DNA from: Malacoraja senta
Lineage: Eukaryota
Length of the DNA: 64,000 nucleotides
Direction: 5' to 3'
Assembly (NCBI GenBank): GCA_038087875.1
Contig: CM075992.1
Location: forward strand, 11,286,001-11,350,000
The notes beneath the pieces are model-generated. The model was not told the origin of the DNA and ran no database searches. It was given only the letters and a program-made list of their open reading frames with translations. Below are positions 11,490 to 24,605 of the stretch, one piece after another. Position numbers and translations under genes: made by a program. The first letter of the stretch is position 1; each line of letters starts with the position of its first letter.

Positions 11490-12313
11490 AGCTATGGGAG
11501 TCAGTAGGTTTGTAGTAGATGTCGGTCAATATTCTGTCTTCTGTGATGGAGACGGTGAGATCCAGAAATGATAGGGATATGTCAGAGATGCTCCGTGAAT
11601 TTGAGTGGAAATTAATCGTGAAGTTGATGAAGTCAGTGAGTTCTGCATGGGTGCAGGAGGTTGCACCAATGCAGTCGTCAATGTAGCGGAGGTAGAGTTC
11701 AGGGATAGGGCCAGTGTACGCCTGGAACATTGATTGTTCGACGTACCCTACAAAGAGGCAGGCATAGCTGGGGCCCATGCAAGTGCCCATAGCCTTGGAT
11801 TTGGAGGAAGTGGGAGGAGTCGAAGGAGAAGGTGCTGAGGGTAAGGACCAGCTCAGCTAGGTAGAGGAGAGTATTAGTAGACAGAAATTAGTAGAATAAA
11901 CAGAGGGCTTTAATATCTTCCTGGTGGGGTATGGAGGTGTAGAGTGACTGGACATCCATGGTAAAGATGAGGGAGTGGGGGCCTGGAAAATGGAAGTCAT
12001 TGAAGAGACAGAAGGGCGTGTGAGGTCTTGGACATAGGTAGGGAAGGATTGGACCAAGGGGGATAGGATGGAGTCAAGGTATGTGGAATTTAATTCAGTG
12101 GGACATGAACAAGCAGAAACAATGGGTGCACCAAGACAGTTCTGTTTGTGGATTTTGGGGAGAAGATAAAAACGGGCCGTGCGGGGCTGGGATACGATAA
12201 GGTTGAAGGCTTTGGATGGCAGAGAGCCGGAAGTAATAACATCAGAAATGGTGTGTAATATTAAGGTCTGATGCTTGTCTGTGGGGTTATGGTCCAAGGA
12301 TAAGTAGGAGGAG

Positions 12314-13357
12314 TATCGATGTTACAATACCTACCTTCAGCGGCGCAGCAGTTCAGCCACTGGCCGTGTGCGCGACTTTGGCGCCTTTGAGGGGTGGGGC
12401 GGGATATAAATGATGTTTTCTCCTGCCTGTCGGAGTCGAACTTTCTCAGGCTGTTCAGCTGCTGCAGAAAAATCGTTCCGACTTCCGTTCTCGGAAGTTT
12501 AAAAAAAAAATCGCGAGACAATTTAATCCCTGGAGTAAAATAAAAAGCTACTTCTAACGCCATCAACGCCTACAACGGGACGGATCTCACGTAGGGGACA
12601 AAACATAAGGTAAGTTATGTATTTTACATATAAACTTGCTTCTTAGGATGACTTTAATCCAAATTTCATTGGCGAAAATGTGATTTTGGCCCAATACGAA
12701 CCGGCAGTGTTTTTCCTGCCGATATGGGGTTCAAATTCACTGCAACCACAATGTTCCAATCGATCACATTCCACAAAAACCCACTCGCAAGATGAGTAAA
12801 ATGCCCATTAATTTACGGGAATTAAACATTAAATGGCTTCCATTTGGCCTATAAATTCATGACAATGAGATTTAAAAATCATGTTATATTGTGAATTCTT
12901 GTGTGAATGTTATTTGGACACTTAGGCTATTTAAAAATGTTAACCTTTTCTTAAGAAATGGATAGATGTTGAGATCTAGTAATTGAATTTTGTAATCAGC
13001 TACAATTAGGTAACTAACTAATTATATGCTTTAATTTCAGGTCATCCAAGTAAGATTGTTTTATATTTGTTTCAGAATGCTTCAATCTATAATAACTGAA
13101 AATGTCATACAGTTCTCTTAATTTTTAAGAAAGTTATGGGCTTTTGGCTGTCCTCGATCACAGCTTTTGAGTTAAGTCAATGGAAAAGCAATAGGGAACA
13201 AGATGCTAATTTCAGAGTATGAAAATGGCCATACCTTTTTTAATACTGAAGATATGAAAGTGAATTAGGTGTCAAATTAAACTTCTTTTTATGCTTTATC
13301 TGATGGGATAAATTGCAGACTTGATTTTTTAAATCGCAAAATTTTGTAACATTGCTA
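12314..13357. mobile_element. Non-autonomous DNA transposon with 14-bp TIRs and 6-bp TSD (possibly IS3EU-like)
   Basis: TATCGATGTTACAA ... TTGTAACATTGCTA; GAGGAG duplicated at 12308-12313 and 13358-13363; the empty site is seen in the Penelope copy at ~8360. Confidence 0.75.
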
Positions 13358-13389
13358 GAGGAGGTGTCTGAGAGTTGTCGCCTGGCCTT

Positions 13390-14993
13390 AGACCCTGGTG
13401 ATAAATCCTCAGGGCCAGATAGGCTGCATCCCAGATTACTTAAGGAAGTAGCCCCAGAAATAGTGGATGCATTAGTGGTAATTTTTCGAAACTCTTTAGA
13501 TTCTGGAGTAGTTCCTGAGGATTGGAGGGTAGCTAATGTAACCCCACTTTTTAAAAAGGGAGGGAGAGAGAAAACGGGGAATTACAGACCAGTTGGTCTA
13601 ACATCGGTAGTGGGGAAACTGCTAGAGTCAGTTATTAAAGATGGGATAGCAGCACATTTGGAAAGTGGTGAAATCATTGGACAAAGTCAGCTTGGATTTA
13701 CGAAAGATAAATCATGTCTGACGAATCTTATAGAATTTTTCGAGGATGTAACTAGTAGAGTGGATAAGGTAGAACCAGTGGATGTGTTATATCTGGACTT
13801 TCAGAAGGCTTTCGACAAGGTCCCACATAAGAGATTAGTACACAAACTTAAAGCACACGGTATTGGGGGTTCAGTATTGATGTGGATAGAGAACTGGCTG
13901 GCAAACAGGAAGCAAAGAGTAGGAGTAAACGGGTCCTTTTCAGAATGGCAGGCAGTGACTAGTGGGGTACCGCAAGGCTCAGTGCTGCGACCCCAGCTAT
14001 TTACAATATATATTAATGATTTGGATGAGGGAATTGAATGCATCATCTCCAAGTTTGCGGATGACACAAAGCTGGGAGCAGTGTTAGCTGTGAGGAGGAT
14101 GCTAGGAGGCTGCAAGGTGACTTGGATAGGCTGGGTGAGTGGACAAGTGCATGGCAGATGCAGTATAATGTGGATAAATGTGAGGTTATCCACTTTGGTG
14201 ACAAAAACAGGAAAGTAGACAATTATCTGAATGGTGGCCGATTAGGAAAATGGGAGATGCAACGAGACCTGGGTGTCATGGTACACCAGTCATTGAAAGT
14301 AGGCATGCAGGTGCAGCAGGCAGTGAAGAAAGCGAATGGTATGTTAGCATTCATAGAAAAAGGATTTGAGTATAGGAGCAGGGAGATTCTACTGCAGTTG
14401 TACAGGGTCTTGGTAAGACCTCACCTGGAGTATTGCGTGCAGTTTTGGTCTCCAAATCTGAGGAAAGACATTCTTGCCATAGAGGGAGTACAGAGAAGGT
14501 TCACCAGACTGATCCCTGTGATGTCAGGACTTTCATATGAAGAAAGACTGGATAGACTCGGCTTGTACTCGCTAGAATTTAGAAGATTGAGGGGGGATCT
14601 TATAGAAACGTACACAATTCTTAAGGGGTTGGACAGGCTACATGCAGGAAGATTGTTCCCAATGTTGGGAAAGTCCAGGACAAGTGGTCACAGTTTAAGG
14701 ATAAGGGGGAAGACTTTTAGGACCGAGGTGAGAAAAACATTTTTCACACAGAGTGGTGATTCTCTGGAATTCTCTGCCACAGAAGGTAGTTGAGGCCAGT
14801 TCATTGGCTATATTTAAGTGGGAGTTAGATGTGGCCCTTGTGGCTAAAGGGATCAGTGGGTATGGAGAGAAGGCAGGTACAGGATACTGAGTTGGATGAT
14901 CAGCCATGATCATATTGAATGGCGGTGCAGGCTCGAAGGGCCGAATGGCCTACTCCTTCAGCTTTTTTCTATGTTTCTTTGTTTCTATGTTTC
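13390..14993 (+). mobile_element. CR1 LINE, 5'-truncated ORF2 (one frameshift) and 3' end
   Basis: ORFs 13352-14218 and 14122-14793: [49 protein letters not shown]. Confidence 0.95.
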
Positions 14994-15002
14994 TTAGCCC
15001 AT

Positions 15003-15800
15003 TAGAAGTCAGCGTGCCAGACTACCACGGCTCCTCCCTTGTCGGCAGGATTGATCACCCAGTCGGGGTTGCTGCAGAGTGAGCGGAGGGCTGTACGTTC
15101 AAGGGGGGAGAGGTTAGAGTAAGTCAGGGGAGTGGAAAGGTTGAGGCGGTTGATGTCCTGTCGCAGTTGGAAATCAAAAGGTGTAAAGTGAGTAGAGGGC
15201 CATCTGGGGAAGTCCAAGAGGAGGGGGACCAGTGGAGACGGGAGAAGGGGTCATCACTGGGTGGTGAGGACTCCTTCCCACAGAAAAAGACACGGAGGCG
15301 GATGCAACGGATGTAAAGCTCTACGTCGTGGCGCCCGGAACTTGTTGAGGTGGGGCGGAGGGGAACAAAGGTGAGGCTTCTGCTGAGGACAGACCATTCT
15401 GTATCAGAAAGGGGGAGGTTGGGGCGGATGGTGAAGACACGACAAGGGTAGGAGGAGGGCAGGTGAGTAGATGGAGGCCGAGACGATGTCTGGTGGGGGG
15501 GGATGGTGGGTGTTCAGAGTAGAGGGGGGCATGAGGACTATTGTATGGGTGGGGAGTAGCAGGGGCCATCTGGTTAAAGGGGGAAGAGGATGACCCAGTG
15601 GAACCCCCACTGCGGTTCCCTGTAAGGGGGGGTGAGCAGTAGGACCCAGCATAGTCAGACCACGTGGTGTTGGAGTCTGGCACGAGACTGTGGGCCCGGT
15701 GCTGAGCCTGGGACTCGGGTAAGGTGTCGGTTGTGGCCCGCTGGTGATAGATATAGCAATTTCTGTTCCATATTCACCACCCTTCTTCTAAAATGGCCCT
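15003..15800 (-). mobile_element. Penelope-like element 5' ORF fragment
   Basis: SNLSPLERTALRSL, INPADKGGAVVVW. Confidence 0.8.
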
Positions 15801-15814
15801 CATATTGCCTGATG

Positions 15815-17880
15815 TTAGACTCGCTAGAGGCAGAAAACATGTTCCCGATGTTGAGGGAGTCCAGAACCAGGGGCCACAGTTTAAGAATAAGGGATAAACC
15901 ATTTAGAACGGAGACGAGGAAACACTTTTTCTCACAGAGAGTTTTGAGTTGTGGAATTCTCAGAGGGCAGTGGAGGACGGTTCTCTGGGTACTTTCAAGA
16001 AAGAGCTAGATAGGGCTCTTAAAGATAGCGGAGTCAGGGGATATGGGGAGAAGGCAGGAACGGGGTATTGATTGAGGATGATCAGCCATCATCACATTGA
16101 ACGAGTTGTCTTTCAATCCAGGAGTGGTGCCAGAAGACTGGAGGGTGGCAAGTGTCGTGCCTCTTTTGAAGAAGGGCAGGGAGAATGCTGGGATCTATAG
16201 GCCGGTGAGCTTAACATCTGTAGTTGGAAAGTTACTGGAGAGTATTCTGAGGAATAGGTTATACAGGCATTTAGACGGACAAGGGCTGATAAGGGATGGT
16301 CAGCATTGTTTTGTACATGGGAGGTCGTGTCTCACAAATCTGATTTTCAAGATGTGACCAAAAAGGTCGATGAGGGCAGAGCTGTAGATGTTGTGTACAT
16401 GGATTTCAGGAAAGCGTTTGACAAGGTTCCACATGGTAGGCTGCTCTGGAAGGTTAGACCACATGGGATCCAAGGAGAGATAGCTGAATGGATAGAAAAT
16501 TGGCTCCATGGAAGGAAGCAGAGGGAGATGGTGGAAGGTTGATTCTCGGACTGGAGGCCTGTGACTGGTGGTGTGCCTCCTGGTTTGGTGCTGGGCCCAT
16601 TACTGTTTGTCATCTATATCAATGGTTTTGATGAGAACATACATGGCACGATTATCAAGTTTGCTGATAATACAAAAGTGGGTTGTTTTGCAGATAGTGA
16701 AGATGGTTGTGAAAAATTGCAGCAAGGTCTTGATCGATTCACCAGGAAGTCTTAGGAATGCTTTAGTTTAGTTTAGAGATACAGTGCGTAAACAGGCCCT
16801 TCGGCCCACAGAGTCCGCAGAGACCAGCGATCACCGCACACTCACACTATCCTACACACACTAGGGATAATTTTTACTTATTCCAAGCCAATTAACCTAC
16901 AAACCTGTGCATCTTTGCAGTGTGGGAAGAAACCGAAGATCTCGGATAAAACCCTCGTGGTCATGGGGAGAAAATACAAACTCCATACAGAGAGCACCAG
17001 TTGTTGGGATTGAACCCGGGTCCCTGGCGCTGCAAACTATGTAAATCAGCACCTCTACCACTGCGCCACCGTGCCGCCCCGTTGATGGAATTTAATGCAG
17101 AGAAATGTGAGGTGTTGCATCTTGGGACGTCTAACATGGGCAGGACCTATTCAGTGAATGGTAAGGCTCTGGGGAGTGTTGAGAAATCTTGGAGTGCAGG
17201 TGCATGGTTCCTTGAAGGTGGAGTTGCAGGTAGATAGGGTGGTCAAAAGGTGTTTTGGCACATAGGCCTTCATCAGTCAGAGTATTGAGTATAAAAGTTG
17301 GGAGATCATGTTGCAGCTGTATAAGATGTTTGTGAGGCCGCATTTAGAGTATTGTGTTTAGTTTTAGGCACCATATTATAGGAAAGATGTCAAACAGGAA
17401 AGGGTACAGAGAAGATTTATGAGGATGTTGCCAGGACTAGAGGGTCTGAGCTAGAGGGTTAAGTGGGTTGGGACTATTCCTTGGAGCTCAGGAGGTTGAG
17501 GGGTGATCTTACACGTACATAAAATCCTGAGAGGAATAGATTGGGTAGATGCACAAAGTCTCTTGCCCAGCAGTAGGTGAATCGAGGACCAGAGGACATT
17601 GGGTTAAGGTGAAGGGAAAACATTTGACAGGAATCAGAGGGGTACCTTTTTCACACAAAGGGTGGTGGGGGTATGAAACAAGCTGCCAGTGGAGGTAGTT
17701 GACGCAGGGACTATCCCAATGTTTAAGAAACATTTTGACAGGTACATGGAGAGGATAAGTTTGGAGGGATATGGGACAAATGCAGGCAGGTGGGACTAGT
17801 GTAGCTGGGACATGTTAGCCGTTGTGAGCAGGTTGGGCTAAAGGACCTGTTTCCACACTGTATCACTCTATGACTATATG
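15815..17880 (+). mobile_element. CR1 3' end (15815-16097) followed by a second decayed CR1 (16100-17880)
   Basis: [27 protein letters not shown], 3' UTR with (CTATGA)-like tail. Confidence 0.85.
16762..17080 (-). mobile_element. tRNA-derived HE1/V-SINE-like SINE
   Basis: Minus 5' end GGGCGGCACGGTGGCGCAGTGGTAGAG (A box), GGGTTCAATCCC (B box), CR1-like tail and (CTAAA)n. Confidence 0.8.
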
Positions 17881-17889
17881 TTAAATCCA

Positions 17890-18420
17890 CCCCCACTATT
17901 TAGTTTAAAGCCCTAACTACAGCCCTAGTTATCCATTCTGCCGGGATCCTGGTCCCAGCAGCGTTCAGGTGGAGTCCATCCCATCGGAACAGCTCCCTCC
18001 TTCCCCAATACTGATGCCAATGTCCCACAAATTCAACCCCACTTCTCCCACACCAATATTTGTGCGATGCGCTTAACTTTCTAATTTCATCCACCCTATG
18101 CCGATCTGCTCGTGGCTCAGGTAGCAATCCAGAGATTATTACCATTTTGGCAGTGCTTTTTAATTTAGTTCCTCTCTGCTCAAATTCCCCCTGCAGAACC
18201 TCTTTCTGTGATTTACCAATGTTGTTGGTACCAACATGGACTGTTACAATTAGATTTTCCCCTCTAATTTCCTCTGTAGATCAGACGAGATGTCCCAAAC
18301 ACGGGCACCCAACACAGTCTTTGGGACTCTTGTTCCTTGCAACAGAGAATTGTCAATTCCCCTGACTATACTGTCCCAAATTACAACTACGTGTCTCTTC
18401 TACCCCCCTCTTGAATGGCT
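17890..18420 (-). mobile_element. CR1 ORF1 (SGNH esterase) fragment
   Basis: VIISGLLPEP, ELFRWDGLHLNAAG. Confidence 0.75.
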
Positions 18421-18429
18421 CCCTTTGCC

Positions 18430-18716
18430 TGCTCCAGCAAGGTACTGACTTCCCCACCAGATAAGGGACCGACTGGACTCACTGCCTCAAAAAGACAGCC
18501 AGCATCATCAGAGACCCATATCACCCTGGCCACACACACATTTCAATCCTGCCATCGGGAAGAAGGTATAGGAGCCTGAAAATTGTAGCGTCCAGATTCA
18601 GGAGCAGATTCTTTACAACCATCAGGGTATTAAACACTACAACTGCCAAACAAGCTCAGAACTACATTGACTTGGAGGCATTGATTTTGTCTTTGTACAG
18701 ATAATAATATTTATAG

Positions 18717-18765
<49 letters not shown>

Positions 18766-18966
18766 ATAATAAATAGTTCCATATATATCCATGTATATAG
18801 CTTCATATATAATAATAATAATAATAATACATTTTATTTATATAGCGCTTTTCAGGACAAAGTCGCTTATATATATACATGTATATACATTGACATATCT
18901 GTTGTGCTGCTGTAAGTAAGAATTTCATTGTTCTGGACATTGTCAATAAAACACTCTTGACTTGAC
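18430..18966 (+). mobile_element. Rex1-like LINE 3' end containing a (TA)n microsatellite and an inverted L2 3' stub (~18805-18870)
   Basis: SIIRDPYHPGH..LPSGRRYRSL motif, (CTTGA)n tail; L2 stub TATATAGCGCTTTTCAGG. Confidence 0.6.
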
Positions 18967-20255
18967 TAACTGCAGATGTGGTCACGAGTAACCACACTGG
19001 GGTCCACCAGCTCCCACATCACGCAGCTACAGCACACCCACGTGATCCTGCATCCTTACTTTATTCCCAATGGCTCCTCTTTAAACTGCCCACTGCTGCT
19101 GTTGCTGCTGTTGCTCCACTGGGATTGAACCTGACTTGCCCGCTAGTTCAACACTCCTTTCCTCAGCTCTTCTCGCTGAAGCCTCTCGAGCCTCAGCCTC
19201 AGTTCTGCACTTGGCCTCAACACGGCACTTAGCCTCAGTTAGGGAGGGTTTAGAGGGCTTGGGGCCAAATGCAGCGAAAATAGACTAGCCTAGTATGCCA
19301 ACTTGTATAACATAGACAATGTGGACAGAAGGGCCAGTTTTGGTGCTGGGTGACCCTAGTTAGTTGGTAGGGATTTACACAGGACCTACATTCCCACTCA
19401 TACATTTGCCCTTCACCATTACAGCTCCTGCTCAATGTTGCCCGTCATTGCGGTTGTTAGAGGAAGCTCACCGACTGGGAACAATGAGCTCTTCATTCCT
19501 GAAACCCAGAATAGGTGTGGGCTTGCTTGTTTTGCATGTTTATCCAAAACATACATCAACTACACTGCCAACTGCTCTGCAGTTTATTCACTTGAAAAGC
19601 AGAAGTGGAAAGTAGTCAGTGAGCTGTCACTGAACACAACACCACTCGGGGAAGATTGTCGCCAAGACTGAGGAGGTTGTAGGTGGTCACATCTCCCTCC
19701 ATCTCAGACAGCAACATCACTACAGATCCAGGTAAGAAGACAGCTCCATCGCTTGATCAAACTCTGAATTTTACCTTTGGTTGTTAACTGATTGTGTGCG
19801 TCTGTGAGTGAGTGTGTAAGTGAGTGTATGTGCCTCTGTGTGTTAACTCACTGTAGTGCCCTAAGATAAAGAGGGGTGGATCACACCTCTGTGTGGAGGG
19901 GGGAGGGGGTCCCAGTGAGGGAGAGAGGGAGATTTCACCTCCCACAGTGAGGGAAAGAGGCAATAGTCAAGAGAGTTTTATTGTCATGTGCCCCAGATAG
20001 GACAATGAAATTCTTACTTGCTGCAGCACAACAGAATATGTAAATATTATACAAAACAGAAGATAAAAGTTCAGTATGTCTATAGACCATAGACCATATA
20101 TACACAATAAATAAACAGATATAGTTCAATAATAATAATGGACTGTTTTTGTTCAGAGCTTATTTGATGTGTTTAATCGCCTGATGGCTGTGGGGAAGAA
20201 GCTGTTCCATGTAATGACATGGATAGAGACAGAGAGAGAGAGAAAGAGATCTTTG

Positions 20256-20289
<34 letters not shown>

Positions 20290-20310
20290 GGGGGGGGGTC
20301 CAGTGATGGA

Positions 20311-20590
20311 GAGTTTAGTTTAGAGATACAGCATCGAAACTTGCCCTTCAGCCCACAGTCTGCACTGACCTGCGATCCCCGCACATTAACACTATCCTAC
20401 ACACACCAGGGATTTATACATTTATACCAAACCAATTAACCTACAAACATGTATGTCTTTGGAATGTTTGGAGAAAACCAAACGCAGGTCACGGGGAGAA
20501 CGTACAACCTCCGTACAGACAGCACCCGGTCAGGATGGAACCCGGGTTTCTGGGGCGGTAATGCAGCTACTCTACCGCTGCGCCACCTTG
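20311..20590 (-). mobile_element. HE1/V-SINE-like SINE
   Basis: Same family as 16762-17080. Confidence 0.75.
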
Positions 20591-20753
20591 GAAGAGCTTA
20601 CACCTCTGTGTGAAGTCCCAGTGAGGGAGAGGGGGGGTGATCACACCTGTGTATGTGTGTGTGTGGGGTGGGTCCCAGTGAGGGAGAGGGGCGGAGATCA
20701 CACTGTGTGTGGGTGGGTGGGGGGGGGGAAGTGAGTGAGGGAGAGGGGGAGAG

Positions 20754-23700
20754 ATCATTTCCCAATGTTCTATAGATTCAGGATCAGTTCCTGTGGATTG
20801 GAGGGTAGTTAATGTTATCCCACTTTTTAAGAAAGGAGGGAGAGAGAAAACTAGGAATTATAGACCAGTTAGCCTCACGTCGGTGATGGGGCAGATGCTG
20901 GAGTCAATTATAAAAGATGGAATAGCGGCACATTTGCATAGCAGTAACAGGATCGGTCCGAGTCGGCATGGATTTACGAAGGGGAAATCATGCTTGAATA
21001 ATCTTCTGGAATGTTTTTAGGATGTAACTAGGAAAATGGACATGGGAGAACCAGTGGATGTAGTGTACCTAGACTTTCAGTAAGCCTTTGATAGGGTCCC
21101 ACATAGGAGATAAGTGGGCAAAATTATAGCACATGGTATTGGGCGTAAGGTAATGACATGGATAGAAAATAGGTTGGGAGACAGGAAACAAAGAGTAAGG
21201 ATTAACAGGTTCCTTTCAGAATGGCTGGCAGTGACTAGTGGGGTACCGCAAGGCTCGGTGCTGGGACCGCAGCTATTTACAATATACATTAATGATTTAG
21301 ATGACGGGATTAAGAGTAACATTAACAAATTTGCTAATGACACAAGCTGGGTGGCAGTGTGAACTGTGAGGAGGATGCTATGAGAATGCAGGGTGACTTG
21401 GACAGGTTGGGTGAGTGGGCACATGCATGGCAGATGCAGTTTAATGTGGATAAATGTGAGGTTATCCACTTTGGTGGCATAAACTGGAACGCAGGTTATT
21501 ATCTGAATGGTGTCAAGTTAGGAAAAAGGGAAGTACAACTTGATCTGGGTGCCGTTGTTCATCAGTCGCTGAAAGGAAGCATGCAGGTACAGCATGAAGA
21601 AAGCGAATGGCATGTTTGCCTTCATAACAAGAAGAGTTGAGTATAGGAGCAAAGAGGTCCTTCTACAGTGGCCCTAGTGAGACCACACCTGGAGTACTGT
21701 GTTCAGTTTTGGTCTCCAAATTTGAGGAAGGACATTCTTGCTATTGAGGGAGTGCAGCGTAGGTTCACGAGGTTAATTCCCAGGATGGAGGGACTGTCAT
21801 ATTTTGAAGGAATGGAGTGACTGGGCTTGTATACACTATAATTTAGAAGGATGAGAGGGAATCTTATTAAAACATATTAAATTATTAAGGGACTGGACAC
21901 GCCAGAGGAAGGAAACATATTCCTGATGTTGGGGGAGTCCAGAACCAGGGGCCACAGTTTAAGAATAAGGGGTAGGCCATTTTGAAAGGAGATGAGGAAA
22001 AGCTTTTTCACCCAGAGAGTTGTGAGTCTGTGTAATTCTCTGCCTCAGAATGCACTGGAGGCCAATTCTCTGGATGCTTTCAAGAGAGAGTTAGATAGAG
22101 CTCTTAAAGATAGCAGAGTCAAGAGATATGAGTCAAGTTAGTGATAGAATAAAACTAAAAGAAAACATGTATAACACAGCAAAGAGTAGCCGGAAGCCAG
22201 AGGATAGGGAAACTTTCATAGGACAACAGAAGGAAACAAAATGGGCAATACAGGCTGAAAAGATGAAGTACGAAGGGAAGCTGGCCAGGAATATAAAGAA
22301 GGACAGTAAAAGCTTCTTCAGATATGTTAAGGGAAAAAGAGTAGCAAAGTCAAATGTGGGTCCCTTGAAGGCAGACACGGGTGAAATTATTATGGGCAAC
22401 AAGGAAATGGCAGAAGAGTTGAATAGGTACTTCGGATCTGTCTTCACTAAGGAAGACACAAACAATCTCGCAGATGTACTGGAGGACAGAGGATCTAAGG
22501 GGGTAGAGGAACTGAAATAAATTTTCATTTGGCGAGAAATAGTATTGGGTAGGCTAATGGGACTGAAGGATGATAAATCCCCTGGGCCTGATAGTCTGCA
22601 TCCCAGGGTCCTCAGGAAGGTGGCTCTAGAAATAGTGGACGCATTGGTGATCATTTCCCAATGTTCAATAGATTCAGGATCAGTTCCTGTGGATTGGAGG
22701 ATAGCTAACGTTATCCCACTTTTCAAGAAAGGAGCGAGGGAGAAAAAGAGGGAATTACAGACCAGTTAGCCTGACTTCGGTGGTGGGAAAGATGCTGGAG
22801 TCAATTATTAAAGAGGTAATAATGGGCATTTGGATAGCAGTAAAAGGATTAGTCCAAGTCAACATGGATTTATGAAAGGGAAATCATGCTTGACTAATCT
22901 TCTGGAATTTTTTGAGGGTGTGACAAGTAAAATGGAAGAATGAATGCCAGTGGATGTAGTGGATCTAGACTTTCAGAAAGCCTTTGATAAGGAACCGCAC
23001 CGGAGACTGGTGATTAAAATTAGAGCACATGGGGGTAGGGTGTTGACATGGATAGAAAATTGGTTGGCAGACCGGAAGCAAAGAGTAAGAGTGGACGGGT
23101 CCCTTTCAGAATGGCAGGCAATGGCGAGTGGAGTGCCGCACGTCTCGGTGTTGGGGCCGCAACTGTTTACCATAAACATTAATGATTTGGAAGAGCGAAT
23201 TACGAGCAACACGAGCAAGTTTGCAGATGACACAAAGCTGGGTGGCAGTGTGAACTGTGAAGAGGGTGTTAGGAGGTTGCAGGGTAACCTGGGCAGGTTG
23301 AGTGAGTGGGCAGATGCGTGGCAGATGCAGTATAATATAGATAAATGTGAGGTTATCCACTTTGGCGGCAAAAACAAGGGGGCAGATTATTATCACAATG
23401 GGGTTAGGTTAGGTAAGGGGGAGGTGCAGCGAGACCTGGGCATCCTTGTACACTGGTCACTGAAAGTTGGCTTACAGGTACAGCAGGCAGTGAAGAAAGC
23501 TAATGGAATGTAGGCCTTCATAACAAGAGGGTTTCAGTATAGGAGTAAAGAGGCTCTTCTGCAGTTGTATAGGGCTCTGGTGAGCGGAATGATACCATTC
23601 GGCACCGCCGTTTCGTTTAGGGGTAGGGTCAGGGTTAGGGTTAGGGTTCTGATGAGTACAGATATTATAAATGGGAGGCGCCGAAAAGTACCCGACATTT

Positions 23701-24365
23701 GGAATATTGTGTACAGTTTTGGTCTCCTAATTTGAGGAAGGACATCCTTGTGATTGAGGCAGTGCAGCGTAGGTTCACGAGATTGATCCCTCGGATGGCG
23801 GGACTGTCATATGAGGAAAGATTGAAAAGACTAGGCTTGTATTCACTGGAGGTTAGAAGGATGAGGGGATATCTTATAGAAAGAGATAAAATTATAAAAG
23901 GACTGGACAAGCTAGATGCAGGAAAAATGTTCCCAATTTTGGGCGAGTCCAGAACCAGGGGCCACAGTCTTAGAATAAAGGGGAGGTCATTTAAGACTGA
24001 GGTGAGAAAAAACGTTTCACACAGTTGTGAAATTATGGAATTCCCTGCCACAGAGGGCAGTGGAGGCCAAGTCACTGGATGGATTTAAGAGAGAATTAGA
24101 TAGTGCTCTAGGGGCTAATGGAGTCGAGGGATATGGGGAGAAGGCAGGCACATGTTATTGATGGGGGGACGATCAGCCATGATCACAATGAATGGCGGTG
24201 CTGGCTCGGGACCGAATGGACTCCTCCTGCACATATTTTCTTTGTTTCTATGTTTCTATATGGGGAGAAGGCAGGAACGGGGTTCTGATTGTGGATGATC
24301 AGCCATAATCACAGTGAATGGCGGTACTGTCTCGAAGGGCTGAATGGCCTATTGTCTATTGTCTT
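20754..24365 (+). mobile_element. Two nested CR1 LINEs (outer 20754-22130 plus ~24260-24365; inner ~22131-24259)
   Basis: RT motifs occur twice; the outer 3' UTR resumes at ~24260 after the inner tail. Confidence 0.88.
23585..23694. mobile_element. 110-bp insertion with CGG..CCG ends, subterminal inverted repeats and internal TTAGGG repeats
   Basis: Interrupts the CR1 GTGAG|ACCACATTTGG motif; TTCGGCACC / GGCGCCGAA inverted pair; (TTAGGG)-like tract at 23617-23648. Confidence 0.55.
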
Positions 24366-24556
24366 TTATCATACCTCTTTTTTGGCGTGGGGGGTCCCAG
24401 TGTGGGAGAGAGGGATCTCACCTCTGTGTGTTGTGTCAGTCTGGGGAAGAGCGATCTATGTGTGGGAGTGAGCTATTTTGTCCCAGAATACAGCTTTGCC
24501 TGAACACCTAGTAGCTCTCTTTCCTCTGATTTTAATTCCCTGCTTACATTTCCAGA

Positions 24557-24605
24557 ATGCCACCTGGTGAAGTGAGACTTCTGCTGCTGATTCTGGGCTC
24601 TCTGG
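24557..24605 (+). pseudogene. Signal-peptide exon of the inverted paralog of the D8C gene (downstream exons not found)
   Basis: ttccag A ATG...MPPGEVRLLLLILGSL G|GTGAGT, near-identical to 63804-63852 on the minus strand. Confidence 0.75.

Larger units (their letters stand above)
11030..13388 (-). mobile_element. Penelope-like element RT region, interrupted by an HHR repeat and a DNA transposon
   Basis: MGTCMGPSYACLFVG, YLRYIDD, FLDLTV, TDIYYKPTDSHS, PRTARFYLLPKIHK; sequence resumes at 13358 after the MITE. Confidence 0.88.

Noticed and set aside
23649..23687. CTGATGAG...GAAA as a hammerhead core
   Set aside because: No convincing stem II between the two motifs
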